A stretch of 63,613 nucleotides of DNA, the filler included, from Porpidia crustulata (lineage: Eukaryota): assembly GCA_964255105.1 (NCBI GenBank). It is 11 parts of 11 records of this genome, joined end to end, with 100 filler letters (N's around TTAATTAATTAA, not from the genome) between each part and the next. Parts side by side here need not be neighbours in the genome. Positions count along the whole stretch, not along the records: positions 1 to 5,711 come from CAXUWE010001724.1; positions 5,812 to 11,519 come from CAXUWE010001725.1; positions 11,620 to 17,327 come from CAXUWE010001726.1; 8 more parts are not named here. One strand, written 5' to 3'. This document shows positions 1 to 11,671 of this stretch, one piece after another. A program made the position numbers and the translations under genes. Each line of letters opens with the position of its first letter. Positions within the stretch are counted from its first letter, which is position 1. A model generated the notes under the pieces. It was not told the origin of the DNA. It did not search any database and saw nothing but the letters and a program-made list of their open reading frames with translations.

Positions 1-1726
1 GCGGTAGGAGGCGCTGGGGGCGGCGAGGAGTGTCGGAGTGGTGAGGCGGTTGATTTCGATGCCCATGAAGGCGAACGGGGCCCAGCAGGCGAGAGCCCAC
101 GGGCTGGTAGTTGTTTTAGTAAAGTGCTAATCAAGAAGGCTGGGGGATCATACATTCCGCAGATGGAAACGAGGATAGTTGCCATTCGAAGAGATCTTAC
201 AAAGGGCGCGAGAAACATTGCAGATGCGAAGATGAAATGGCTGTACATCCAGGCAGTCAAGAGGTCTGGTTTGTATTTGTTGAACAAGGCAAGTAGAGGG
301 GCAATCTTAGGGGGTGGTCTAGGCGTGAACTCCGGTCTTTCGTTGTCAGGAGATTGTACAACCCAGGGGAGAAGGATGGAGCCAATGAACGTGATGACGG
401 AGAAGATAACGAGGGAGAATGAGCCGATACGACCGACATCGCCGAGGGTATCGGTGGATTTGGCGATGGAGGCATGTTCTTCGTAACGGAAATAAGTCTC
501 GCCAACCCAAGTCGTACTGTAGAAGAGGAACGGGAACCATCCTAGAACGAAATTAACAAAAGTAGGTCTAATGAGAGAGAATATTTATATTACCAATCCA
601 AGCCCAGAATTGAACCCAGCAGATGGCTTGTATTCGATCTGGTAGGTGTAGAGTTGTATTGAAGATTTTGCTTACAGTCTTTACTGCACTTGACTTGACG
701 TCGGCATCTCTGCATCAGTGAGCTTTAATATCCTGTTGCTTTGCAAACACAAATCGTACCTCGCTGCTGATACCAGTACTCGCTCTTCCACGGCCCATGA
801 AGTGACACCAACAGCGACAGCTAACGAGGCAGCAGCGATGACTGTCAACTGTTTGAATTGGCTATCTCCCAAGAAAGAGCCAAAGATACTGGGAAGGTTG
901 ATGGTTCCAGCACCATAGCCTACTAAATGACCAATGGCGATCATCCTAGTTGCTTCAGGATCTCAATGCCCGTGTGACTGCTAGAGAAGGAAGGGAATCT
1001 TACCCCAGGCAGATCCAAGCTGTTGCTTTGGGATCGGTAATGTGTCGACAATTAAACTTCGACATGAGGACTGCACTACCTCGACGTTAGTAGATCCAAG
1101 TCGCTCACAAAACCTAGACTTACCGGCATTGATAGCAAAGTCTACAGCGTAGATACTGACGACGGCCAAGATGATGGTAAAAGTTTGTTTCTTTGACCCA
1201 TGAGACCCAGTACCTCTTCAACGCGAATTTGTACTCACCTTATCAGTATCTTCAACAAATATACCCACGATTTCTGCTGTCCATCCAAGCACCAGTAAAG
1301 TGAAGCCCACGATTACTGTACCACCGATCATGAATGGCCTTCGTCGTCCCCACTTTGATCTCGAGCTATCCGCCAGCACACCTATGACTGGCTGCATTAT
1401 GAGCCCTGACAGTGGTCCGGCGATCCATACTAAAGAGGTATGGGCTTTACTTAGGCCGAGTTGGAGGAGGTATGGGGTGCAATCTGTGTATCAGGTATCA
1501 GCGTTTTGTCCGACTGGAAATTGTGAACAAACGATATGCCATACATGTCATTTCAATACCCCACGTGAATCTACCATCCATTCTATGAGACAGATATCTT
1601 GCCAATGCGCCGAACAGAAATTACTTACTGGAGCCCCACCAAGCTGAAAGTCAACAAGGCCATTCGAATGGACTCTGTTGAGCCCTTGATCGAGGGTGTA
1701 CCTGTCCATGACGCCACCTGAGGCAT
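1..1726 (-). CDS. Sucrose/general alpha-glucoside:H+ symporter (GPH/SUT1, SLC45-like MFS), multi-exon, 3' end truncated by window edge
   Basis: Spliced minus-strand translation from ATG 1726: MPQVASWTGTPSIKGSTESIRMALLTFSLVGLQ / FTWGIEMT / CTPYLLQLGLSKAHTSLVWIAGPLSGLIMQPVIGVLADSSRSKWGRRRPF ... YAVDFAINA ... RSLIVDTLP ... CWAPFAFMGIEIN. These are hallmark SUT-family motifs, with canonical GT-AG introns. Confidence 0.92.
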
Positions 1727-4426
1727 TCCAGCCTCGTCCTCCTCGTTTTCTGTAAGTCAATTAGGCTGCAAATTCGGTTCTTTGCATATATCAAGCTGCG
1801 CTATGTCGTAGAGTACTGCGCACAAACCCCGATTGAGATGATGTTGGTCACAGTGTGACATGGAACACTGAGGTGGTGGTATCTCGAAGAAGAGCCTAAA
1901 ATTGGAGAAGGTGCAGCTTTGAAAGTAGCTATGAGAGTGTTCTGATACTGAAGGGAATCCTGACAAGGATTATTAGATACTTGGACGTAAGCGCTGCCAA
2001 TCAGCCACTTAACCAGGTTGCTGTCATCGCCGCCTGTGAGCTGTAAGGCAATTTCAAGGTGTGGAATTCGTCGTTGTTGATCACCGTTTACTCGAAGCTC
2101 GGACCTCAGGGCTGATATCTTGATGACTAAGGCAGCATGCTGGAATTTGAAGCTATTGGAGCGTTTACGGATATACAAATTGTGCGAGGGTCTTTCCAAT
2201 CTAATGGCATAGCTCGACCCTCAACCACCAGCTGCATTTGAAAGCGGGGTACAGCTTATGAAGATTCCTCTTCTGCCATCGTTGACTCTGCTGTGACAGC
2301 GTGCTTTGACTAATGTTTGCCCGATACAATTTAATGCAAGGCCACGAATACGCCTTCCAAAACACGCATCTTAAGGTACAATGATGATTTTCTTCATCCT
2401 GACTTCCCACGGGCACAATCCCCGTGCGAGTAGCACCCATAAAGTCGGGATATCTAGCATTTGTCATCCGATATCTGGTTATCTCTCATATTTTCTCCAG
2501 ATCATGGTGAACGTACTTTGTCCTACTCGACTTATGAGTTGATAGCGTCGATAGCCATTCACGCAAGTCTTTCGCATGACGGTGCAAATGTGCATCGGGT
2601 TAGGGATCAGCTGCCCATACGGTGTTGCGACGCTCGTGACTTACAGGAAGTTGGAAACCTACCCTCTCTTGGAATGCCCTGCTTGGCTTCAGACAGGGCC
2701 GACAAAGACCTTGAGTCTCGGGCTTATCTTTCAAGCTGGTCTTTGAGACGCAGCCAAATGCTCTCAAGTTCAACTAATGTTTACACTGGTATTCTCGATT
2801 CTGAGGCCGGAAACATTGCCTTAGGTCAGCCGATATCTTCCGGCCTGCGTCAGCTTCTCACAAGGGACAGAAGAAGTGAGCAAACGGATAAGTTGTGTCC
2901 TTACCCTCTCATTGTCTTGTGAGCAGAAGTAGCTTGAACGAGTTGCATTTACCGTTCTTGCGGTGAAACTACACAACAATGACCCGCGGACTTGGACACT
3001 CGAGCTTTGTCCAACTTGTAATGTACTTAGGCTTGAAAAGAGAGATGCGTTGTGGCTGTTGCCGGACATGCTTGGAAGATGGTTGTGCGTTCCTGGATGT
3101 CTAGTACGCTTTGAGTAAGTGAAAAGGTGCGGACAACAGCTCATTGGCCGCGCAATCAACCTGTCACGAACATTATAGATGCGCCGGCCCACTTTGGACC
3201 AGTACGACAGGGGATGCTAGGAGGTGACGTTGACTCATGGATGTGTTTTTGGTGGCTTGCATTATTGTGCAGTCCAGGACCTGCATTGCAGGTTCCAAGG
3301 GTCAGCGAGGATGTGCTCACAGACGTTGTTGCCATCTTCTTACGAATCAATTCCAGACTCATGAATCCAGCCCATCTGAGATGCCCGGCGGAACAAAGGA
3401 AAAACATGTCGATATTTGATCCGGAAGAAGAACCCACAGTTTCGATTCGCGAATACCTAGGACCGGGAATTGGACGGGTGTGGCAGCCTCGCAGATAGAT
3501 TAGATTAAGGTATGGTGACACCACAAGCTGTATGTTTCAGATGTCCCTGTCCCTGGATCTTGCATGTCAGTCCATCTAGATCGCTCTCCGTCTCTCAGAC
3601 ACATCCGGATTATTCGTCAACGACAACTGGATGGCAGCTATCCCAGTTCCCAGTGTGCGACCGTGCAAGCTGCGGCAATGCCTGTGAGTCCATAAGGAGG
3701 GGTAATGGAAGGACCCAATGGGTATGCTGGCATTTCCTGCGTGAAGGAGCTTTGTCCATCCGATTGTTGAGTATCCGGCTATTCAACGGTTCGCTGATGG
3801 TATGGGATATGCAGTCCTGTATGGGTGTTCAAGATCGAGTCTTCGATAACTCAAGATACGGAAGGACAACGCTCGGATACCGCGATCTGGCTCCAACCTT
3901 ACTGCGTACTTTTTACCTGCCGTTTGGTATAAATCTTTCGAAGCCTTCAATCCCTGGTTCCCGCCCACCATTGCCCCCTATGCCCCTGATCTCGCAGGGG
4001 TTGAAACTAATCCGGGCGTGTACGATATCACCGCCTTTGTTCGCACACTCACCGTAGTGGCTCTGCGTCCTGTCACTTGCTGGTGCTCATGCATGCCTCT
4101 CAAAAATGCAAGGAAGAATAAGATTGCAGTGAGGGCCTGTTTGACTAGCGCTGAATATGGACGAGTTTGTGATGTTATGTTAAAGTGTTAGTGAATAATG
4201 ATATAAAGACTTGGCATGCTGTTTAGAATCCTTTTTTTTTCTTCACCACTGCACCTTCGTTCGTCGTCAATTCTTCTTCAAGATAACGTGCAAGGCTTCG
4301 AGAGTCAATCGTTTCAGCATCTATTTGAGCAACTGCTCGTCCTCTCATTGAAAGGTTCATTCTGTTCTGCAATCGGTACCTCAGAGGGGTACCCTTCGCT
4401 ACCTCTCAATTCTATACTTACGCACC

Positions 4427-5711
4427 ATGCATTTCTCCGCTTCTTTTCTGGCGCTGAGCGTCACCTCGTCTGGTGTATATGGCGCTGCCGTACGTCGTGA
4501 TATGTGCTATGAAGACAACACCCTACGTGCACTTGAGCGTTACCCCAACGAAGCTACAGCATTCTGTCCTAAATTCCTGGCCGGCTCTGACTCCACGATA
4601 CCTGCTTGGGTAGGCAAAGAGGATGCTTCCAAGGTCTCCAGTGCTTGCAAGTGTTTCGACAAGACTGCTGGTCCAGCCTCTACCACTTCTGCGGTGACCA
4701 CGACTGCAACCACGGCTCATACCACCACGACACTCACTACTACCAAAGCCACGTCAACACCAACAAGCGCTCCCATAACGGCGCCATCAAGCGTTGCTCC
4801 AACCTCTACCGCCTCTGCCCCGGTAAGCAGCGCCTTGTCGACTCCAATCACCGGCAACAGCGCCACCGCCAAACGCGGCCTCGTCTACGACTACAACTCC
4901 AAAACCTCCTACGGCGACCTCTTCAAAGGCAGCAACCACGTATCCTTCGGCTCCAACTGGAGAGACACCCGCAGCATCGGCAGCGTCACCCTCGACTCCT
5001 CCTTCGCCTTCGTCCCCACCCTCGGCGTCGACTCCTCCCTCCACTCCGCCGACTGGCTTTCCACCATCACCGCCCTCGTCAAATCCGGCGGCGCCACCAA
5101 ACTCTTCGCCTCCAACGAACCCGACAACGCCGGCCAGGCCAACCTCAAACCCGCCGACGCCGCCACCGTCTACAAGGCCTACATGCAGCCCTTTGCGGGC
5201 CAGGTCAAGCTCGCGACCCCGGCGGTGACCAACGGTGGCGGCGCTACGGGTCTTACCTACCTGGATGCCTTCCTCAGCGCCTGCGCCGGCTGCTCCTTTG
5301 ATCTTATCAACGTGCACCATTACCTGCAGCGCACGGACGTCAACGTCGACCAGGCCGTCGCGGCCCTGAAGTCGTACCTGCTCAACGACGTGCCCAAGTT
5401 CCAGGCTGCGCACCCACAGGTCAAGGATGCCAAGATCGTCGTCGGCGAGGTAGCTCATTTCCTCTCTTCTCCCATCTCTTTCCCCTCCCCCCGCCTTTAA
5501 TACCCACCTTAGAAATTTAACAAAAAAAGAAAAAAGAGCAAGCTGACACAACCCCCGGCAACGAACAGTTCTGGCTCTGGGGCGCCTCCGACGCCGAAGG
5601 CGCCGCTTACCTGCAGCAGTTGATGCCCTGGCTCGATGCCAACCCGGCCGTGGATAGCTATCAGGCGTTTGGCGGGTTGTGGACGGGGAATTTCATCACG
5701 GGGGATGGGAA
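4427..5711 (+). CDS. Secreted GH128 (Asl1-like) beta-1,3-glucanase with small Cys-containing N-terminal module and Ser/Thr linker; 3' truncated
   Basis: Signal peptide, CYEDN...FC...SSACKC module, T/S-rich linker, then KRGLVY, NEPD (acid/base), LATPAVTNG, C..C..D...VHHY, VGE|F (nucleophile). Intron 5450-5568; exon 2 reads FWLWGASDAEGAAYLQQLMPWLDANPAVDSYQAF. Confidence 0.88.
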
Positions 5712-5811
5712 NNNNNNNNNNNNNNNNNNNNNNNNNNNNNNNNNNNNNNNNNNNNTTAATTAATTAANNNNNNNNNNNNNNNNNNNNNNNNNNNNNNNNN
5801 NNNNNNNNNNN
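5712..5811. other. Artificial contig linker N44-TTAATTAATTAA-N44
   Basis: 100-nt spacer with stop codons in all six frames. Confidence 0.99.
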
Positions 5812-6050
5812 GGTAGACGGACTGTGGAAGGCCTTTGAATGATACTTCAATTTTAAAAGGTGTATTTTTCGATCGAATTAGAACAGAGTGCAATTGCGCG
5901 ATATTTTTGGTGAAGAAGCGATTTGATAAGAGAAAGGTTCATATGATCCTAACACTAAGGTAAGTCTCGTTTGGATAGAACTAAACCCCATTTGAGGGGG
6001 TGTACGAGTAGGCAGAGGGGTGTACGGTCAGTGACTCCCTATATATATTA
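5812..6050. mobile_element. Possible DNA-transposon terminus (Mutator-like or other TIR end) at contig edge
   Basis: Direct repeat GGGGTGTACG at 5997-6006 and 6017-6026, ending GTCAGTGACTCCC (6039) and followed by TATATATATTA. It lies at a contig end, as multicopy elements often do. Confidence 0.35.
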
Positions 6051-6586
6051 CGTCTTAGTGTATCGTCTGCTTTATGGAGCATCCGCAAAAGGAGACCTTG
6101 AAAGAGAAGATAGATGACTTGAGCCTAACACTCACAGCCTACTAATCAAAACATGTAGTGTTTTCTGCCAGCGACTTTTGGAAGATTCGATACAACTATT
6201 AATGCGAGTCTTCAGGCGACTTGAGGTATTTGCCTTAGAAACAGACAGTAGCGTGGTCCACACAGTTAGCAACTCAAACTGCAGGAAGTCTTCAAGCGCT
6301 CCTCAGATCTCAAGCAGAATGCGAATTGTAAGAAGAGATTAAGCATACTTGAGTCGCGAAAGAGTCCCGGACATTAAGAGATCACTAGCTACGGAGTATT
6401 GATTCAAGGTTGAGAGAGGCGTGCTTAGAAAGACATCGTTTTCTCTTTTAATTGACTAATAGTCTACTCAATCAGGTTCTTTGAAATGAATCATTAGTAG
6501 CTCACAATATTGAGGAGTAACAATTATAAAGTAATGAAGAGCGATCAAGAAGAACGGCGAAAACATCCTGCCGGTTCGATGAGACT

Positions 6587-8570
6587 TTAGAGTGGTGGCT
6601 CCACAGCTGTCAGAACTTCTTCTATCACGAGTTCGGGGGTTAGACCGTCCAAGAGAGCGGTGACAGCTGCAAGATCACTCCCATACTGCATGCTTCGCTC
6701 GTGCTCAGGGCTGGTTATGGAAATCCGATGGGTGTAGATTTTCCTGGCGGCCAACGCAACGAGAGACGGGGTCACATATTCAAGCCCATGCAGAGGAGCA
6801 AGGCACCTGAACAATACTGAGTAAAGTTGAGACAAGGAGACCAGACGTTACGTACTTGACCAACAGATCGAAATGCTTCGTAGCCCGAGGAGATATGCCC
6901 CCTCCTACGGCACGGTGCATTCGGAGGAAGACAATCACATTTTGGAGATAGGCCTTTACCTCGGCGCTTGCAATCACATTATCGCTAAGTTCCGCTAATG
7001 CTCGAATATCCTATCGATACTGTCAGCTCTCTGCTATAATGTTGACACAGTATTATTTACATCTGGCGTGAAAAGAGAGGCTCGCCCCATCGAGCTCGTA
7101 ACCATAGAGTGATGAACAACCGAAGATAGAGAAGCTCGATCATCCTCAATCCATTCGGATCCTTCTTCTAAATTGGAAAAGCCATCTTCTAGGTCATGGT
7201 AATGGGAAATGAACATGTGATCATTCTATCAATCGCTAAGCCGTTGCTGAAGGCAATATCAAGGGAACCATACCAGATGGGAAACCAAAGACGGGCCCGT
7301 GATCGACTTTAAAACGACCACAAGGAAGGGCTTCGGTGCTGTGTGGCTCGCGTTATGTGTGATTATGCGATTATTTCGTATCATCTGAGAAAACTGTCAA
7401 GCTTCCGAGCGCAAGCTATTGGTTCTGACTGCTGACCTCTAGGGTTTGTATCTGAATATCGTGGTCGGCCAGATGAAGGTTCTGGAGTATGACTATATTT
7501 GGTATTTGGGGACCACTTTGTGGTGCTACGGAGTTTTGCGGACGCCCATTCTGTGTCTCCTCAGAAGAATGCAGCCCACTATTGGGATTCGGTCTCTGGA
7601 ATTAGAAATTTTCTCAGCCATTATAAGCCAAGGTCAAAGGGGAAGAGTGAATTGGTAGTAGGGTAATAGCAAAATCCAGACTAGAAGGGCACGCCCATTA
7701 TTGAAGAAATTTGTGAATCTAGATACAACATCCCAAAAGAAGAAAAGTAATATAAAATCCGACCAGGGAGTGGGTTGCAGTACTTTGCACTGTTTTGTAG
7801 ACTGCTTAAAGTTTGAGTGTAGAAACATACTGACTCTTCCGATACTCGAGGGCTTGCAGTGAGCATGCTGGCCTTGAGAGATAGAGAAGAACGACAGGGT
7901 TAGATTCTCCGGTCAAAATAGCAATAGATTATTAGAATCGGCCCTGTATCAAAGCACAATCAACTCCACTAGCAGAAAGGCGCATAATAATATTGACGTT
8001 ATGTGGGATCCTTTGTTTTGTTCTCGTTGCGACCTTTCTTCTTCTTGAGCTTGGTTTACTGCGAGCCAGTGCAAGCTAGTAGCTTCGTTGAAATCTACGA
8101 CAGCGCTTCAAAGCAACAGACCTGAAATGACCTCTATTGTACTTCTGAGAGGTTCTCGAAGAGATTGTGGAAATCAGAGCAAAGAATAGTGGATAAAAGG
8201 AATGATAGTACAACCTACATCAATTGGACTTATCACATCTTGATCCTCTACTGCTTCCACAGAGCCACCATCAATCAACAATCCCATAATAAGATCATCC
8301 AGAGTCGTGGCATCGTTGCATCGAATGGTTGAATGGGAAAGACCAAATATATTCGAGGCAATCTGGCCAATTGACTCAGCGGATGCGCAGTTCAATCGGA
8401 TATTGCATGCCCACTAATTGTATTTCTTGTTCTAGCGAGTTAATTGCTTCGTTTTCTGTCTGAACAACACAATGTTGGCCAGCAATGAGGCTCACGAGCA
8501 TCGCGAGCTCAACATCAGTCAGTTCCTGCACCCTTTCGATTAAATCCGAGACTTCCGTCGCCTTATCCAT
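6587..8570 (-). CDS. Conserved fungal protein with degenerate MoxR/Mg-chelatase-type AAA lid (Mtc2-like), multi-exon
   Basis: Exons: MDKATEVSDLIERVQELTDVELAMLVSLIAGQHC; IASNIFGLSHSTIRC; IPNIVILQNLHLADHDIQIQTLE; FISHYHDLEDGF; EVKAYLQNVIVFLRMHRAVGGGISPRATKHF; LAPLHGLEYVTPSLVALAARKIYTHRI...ERSMQYGSD. The exon structure between about 7600 and 8210 is uncertain. Confidence 0.7.
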
Positions 8571-8841
8571 GTTGAGAATGAGCGAGGTCGTTTCATGGGA
8601 TTGGAAATTACATAATGCGCAGCAATAGCTACAAGCTTATTAACAAATTGAGACTCCCCATGATCAGGGGGTTTGGATTGTCCAAAGCACAATATTTTTA
8701 GTTGGCCACTTGGCGTATGGGAGGTCCTACACTAACGGATCTTATTACCCCGCGGAATGGTTCCACAATCCTCATATGAAAGTCTGTTTAAACGCATGGG
8801 CTTGAGAATGTCACGATTGCGCCTGAAGCTGCTGTATCTCA

Positions 8842-11519
8842 ATGTCAAGTCCTACGCTGGACTGGGAGCGGGTTGGAGATCGATACTATCGTAAAGTCAA
8901 GCTCTACGAAGCTGTCTTTGACCAGGATCTTGAACTCGAGAACTACGTTGTTGTAGGGGCCCCTTGTGGGGGAGCCCTTGGTATGGACAACATTGTTTGC
9001 TCTCTATAACATGTGGCTGAGTATTCTCAGCACTATATCGTAACGAATCTAAACTCCACACCTACCGAGGGAGCCAAGCTTCCAAGGCCAGCATTGACCT
9101 ATACAGCTGCTCTGGCAAGCTAATTCGGCAGATCAATGTGGGCAATACCTCACGCTTGATTCAGAAACGATCTTACAGACTGATATCTTTAGTGGGATAA
9201 AGGCTCAATACGTGGGCTAGGATGGTCGAAAGATGAGAAGCTGCTGGTCATCACAGAGGATGGCACCGTGAGATGCTACTTTGACCTCCAAGGAGATTTT
9301 ACTCAATTTTCCCTAGGCTATGTGAGTGCCATAATGGTGGCGAAAGGAGGCAACAGACTGATCAGCAAAGCACTAGGGTGCTGAGGAACATGGTGTGGAG
9401 GCTTGTCGCTTCTGGTCAACCGGCTTTGTCGCCATCCTTGGCAACAATCATCTTATAGCCGTCTCGAACTATCTCGAGCCACGACCAAAGCTCCTAGCCT
9501 TGCCTCCCGAAGATTCCGTACATTCATGGACAGTAATCCCTCCAGCATACACATTATCACGAAGTGTCGAAGTCTTACTTGCCATTGGGCAAACTATATA
9601 CGTCGTGGATTCTACCGATGCTGAGGACCGGGTGCTATCCAATGGCCCATTCAAGCACGTCAGTGTTTCTCCAAACGGCCAAGTTGTCACCCTTTACACG
9701 GAGGACGGGAAGGTCTGGGTGATTACCAGCGACTTCCAAAACAAGCTTGGCGAGTATGAATCGAAGACAAAAACTGTGCCCAAAGATGTGCAATGGTGTG
9801 GCAATGATTCCGTTCTTTTGGCATGGGAGGATGAAGTTCATATGATCGGCCCAAAGGGCGCTTCATTGAAGTGAGTAATACCCAAGTAGGATTACGCACA
9901 AACCCTAAGGCCTCTGCAAAGATACTATTACGATGGATGGGTTCATCTACTGCCAGATGAAGATGGTGTCCGACTGATCACAAACGACATCTGTGAATTC
10001 TTACAAAGAGTACCAGGTAATCCCTAAAACGAATAAGTTTCCCGTTACTAGTACTGACTATGACTAGATACAGTTGAAGACGTTTTCAAATTAGGATCTA
10101 CATCTCCAGCGGCCGTGCTTCTAGATTCCTTAGATCAGCTCGAGAAAAAGTCTCCCAAAGCCGACGACAATATTCGGCTGATCCGATCGAACTTACCCAA
10201 CGCTGTAGCTGATTGCGTTCAAGCTGCTGGACAAGAATTCAGCACGCACTGGCAGAAGCAGCTTTTGAAGGCAGCCTCTTTTGGCAAATCTGTGTTGGAC
10301 CTGTACAGCAGTGACGATTTTGTCGATATATGCGAGAAACTTCGAGTTCTTAATGCTGTTAGGGACTATCGCATAGGTCTTCCACTCTCATATGAGCAGT
10401 ACGAGCGTCTTACCCCGGAGAAGCTCATCCAAAGACTCATCAATCGTCACGAATACCTTCTTGCCATTCGGATATCCGACTATGTTCACCTCCCGACGGA
10501 TAAAATTTACACTCACTGGGCCTCATACAAAGTCCGGAACTCTTCCGATGACGAAGACACGATCTGTACAACGGTCGTCAATAAGCTTGCCAATAAACCC
10601 GGCATCTCTTTTGAACTCATCGCCCGCGCTGCCTACGACGAAGGCCGTGCCCACCTCGCCACTCAACTCCTCAATCATGAATCTCGCGCCGGCAAGCAAG
10701 TTCCCCTGCTCCTCTCCATGGAAGAAGACGAACTCGCCCTTGACAAAGCCATACAATCCCTTGACACTGACCTTGTTTTCTTCGTCCTCCTGCATCTGAA
10801 GAAGAAACTTCCACTTTCCTCATTCTTCCGTCTCCTAACCAATCGTCCCCTCGCTACTGCCCTTGTGGAGAGTAGTGCTAGGGCCCAAGATACCCCTCTC
10901 CTTAAAGACCTCTATTACCAAGACGACCGCGGCCTGGACGGCGCAAACCTCCTCTTCGCCGAAGCCCTCTCCCAATCCCTCCTCCAACCCAAACTCGACA
11001 AGCTCAAACTCGCCCAGAAACTCCTCCAGGACAGTAAAGACCCCACCGCCCTCCTCTACACCAAATCCTACGCCGAAGCCTCCCAACTCCTCAAAGCCCA
11101 AGACACCCTCGACCGCGACCTCCCCTTCAAAACCACCGGCCTCGCCCTCAACCAAACCCTCTTCACCCTCATCAAATCCGGCTACGCCAAACGCGCCGCC
11201 AAACTCCAAGCCGACTTCCGCCTCCCCGAAAAAACATGGTGGCACCTCCGCCTGCGCGCCCTCGTCGCCAAGCGCGACTGGGCCGAGCTCGAGGAGTACA
11301 CCCGCCAGCGCAAGTCCCCCATCGGCTGGGACCCCTTCTTCGCCGAGATCCTCGCCGCCGGCAGCCCGAAGCTGGCCGCCGGCTTCGTGGCCAAGTGCGC
11401 GGGCCTGACGGCGCAGGAGCGTAGCGATATGTTCCTCCGGTGCGGCGCCGTTGTCAAGGCCGGGGAGGAGTTGGTTAAGGTTAAGGATGTTGCGGGGTTG
11501 GAGGCGCTGAGGGGGAAGG
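8842..11519 (+). CDS. VPS16: HOPS/CORVET subunit Vps16; C-terminus truncated
   Basis: MSSPTLDWERVGDRYYRKVKLY...VGAPCGGA; QKQLLKAASFGK; LRVLNAVR; KQVPLLL; DTDLVFFVL; KSPIGWDPF. Five canonical introns. Confidence 0.96.
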
Positions 11520-11619
11520 NNNNNNNNNNNNNNNNNNNNNNNNNNNNNNNNNNNNNNNNNNNNTTAATTAATTAANNNNNNNNNNNNNNNNNNNNNNNNN
11601 NNNNNNNNNNNNNNNNNNN
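11520..11619. other. Artificial contig linker
   Basis: N44-TTAATTAATTAA-N44. Confidence 0.99.
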
Positions 11620-11671
11620 TTGGTGGGGTGTGCGTTTAGTGTCGGCGTGCGTTTAGTGTCGGATTACGTTA
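11620..11671. mobile_element. Terminal inverted repeat end of a Fot1/pogo-family (Tc1-mariner) transposon with TA target site
   Basis: The reverse strand reads TA|ACGTAATCCGACACTAAACGCACGCCGACACTAAACGCACACC. ACGTAATC is a terminus typical of Tan1/Vader-type TIRs, and there is an internal 16-bp direct repeat GTGCGTTTAGTGTCGG (11630-11645, 11647-11662). Confidence 0.75.

Noticed and set aside
1760..4400. Several 120-180 aa ORFs between the sugar transporter and GH128, with faint ankyrin-like or secreted-protein-like words
   Set aside because: No coherent exon chain or convincing motif; cannot be supported without a homology search.
4606..5551. Long alternative-frame and antisense ORFs over GH128 (similarly over VPS16, SF3B1, FOL1 and the FAD oxidase)
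   Set aside because: These are shadow ORFs expected from high GC at third codon positions, with low-complexity translations and no motifs.
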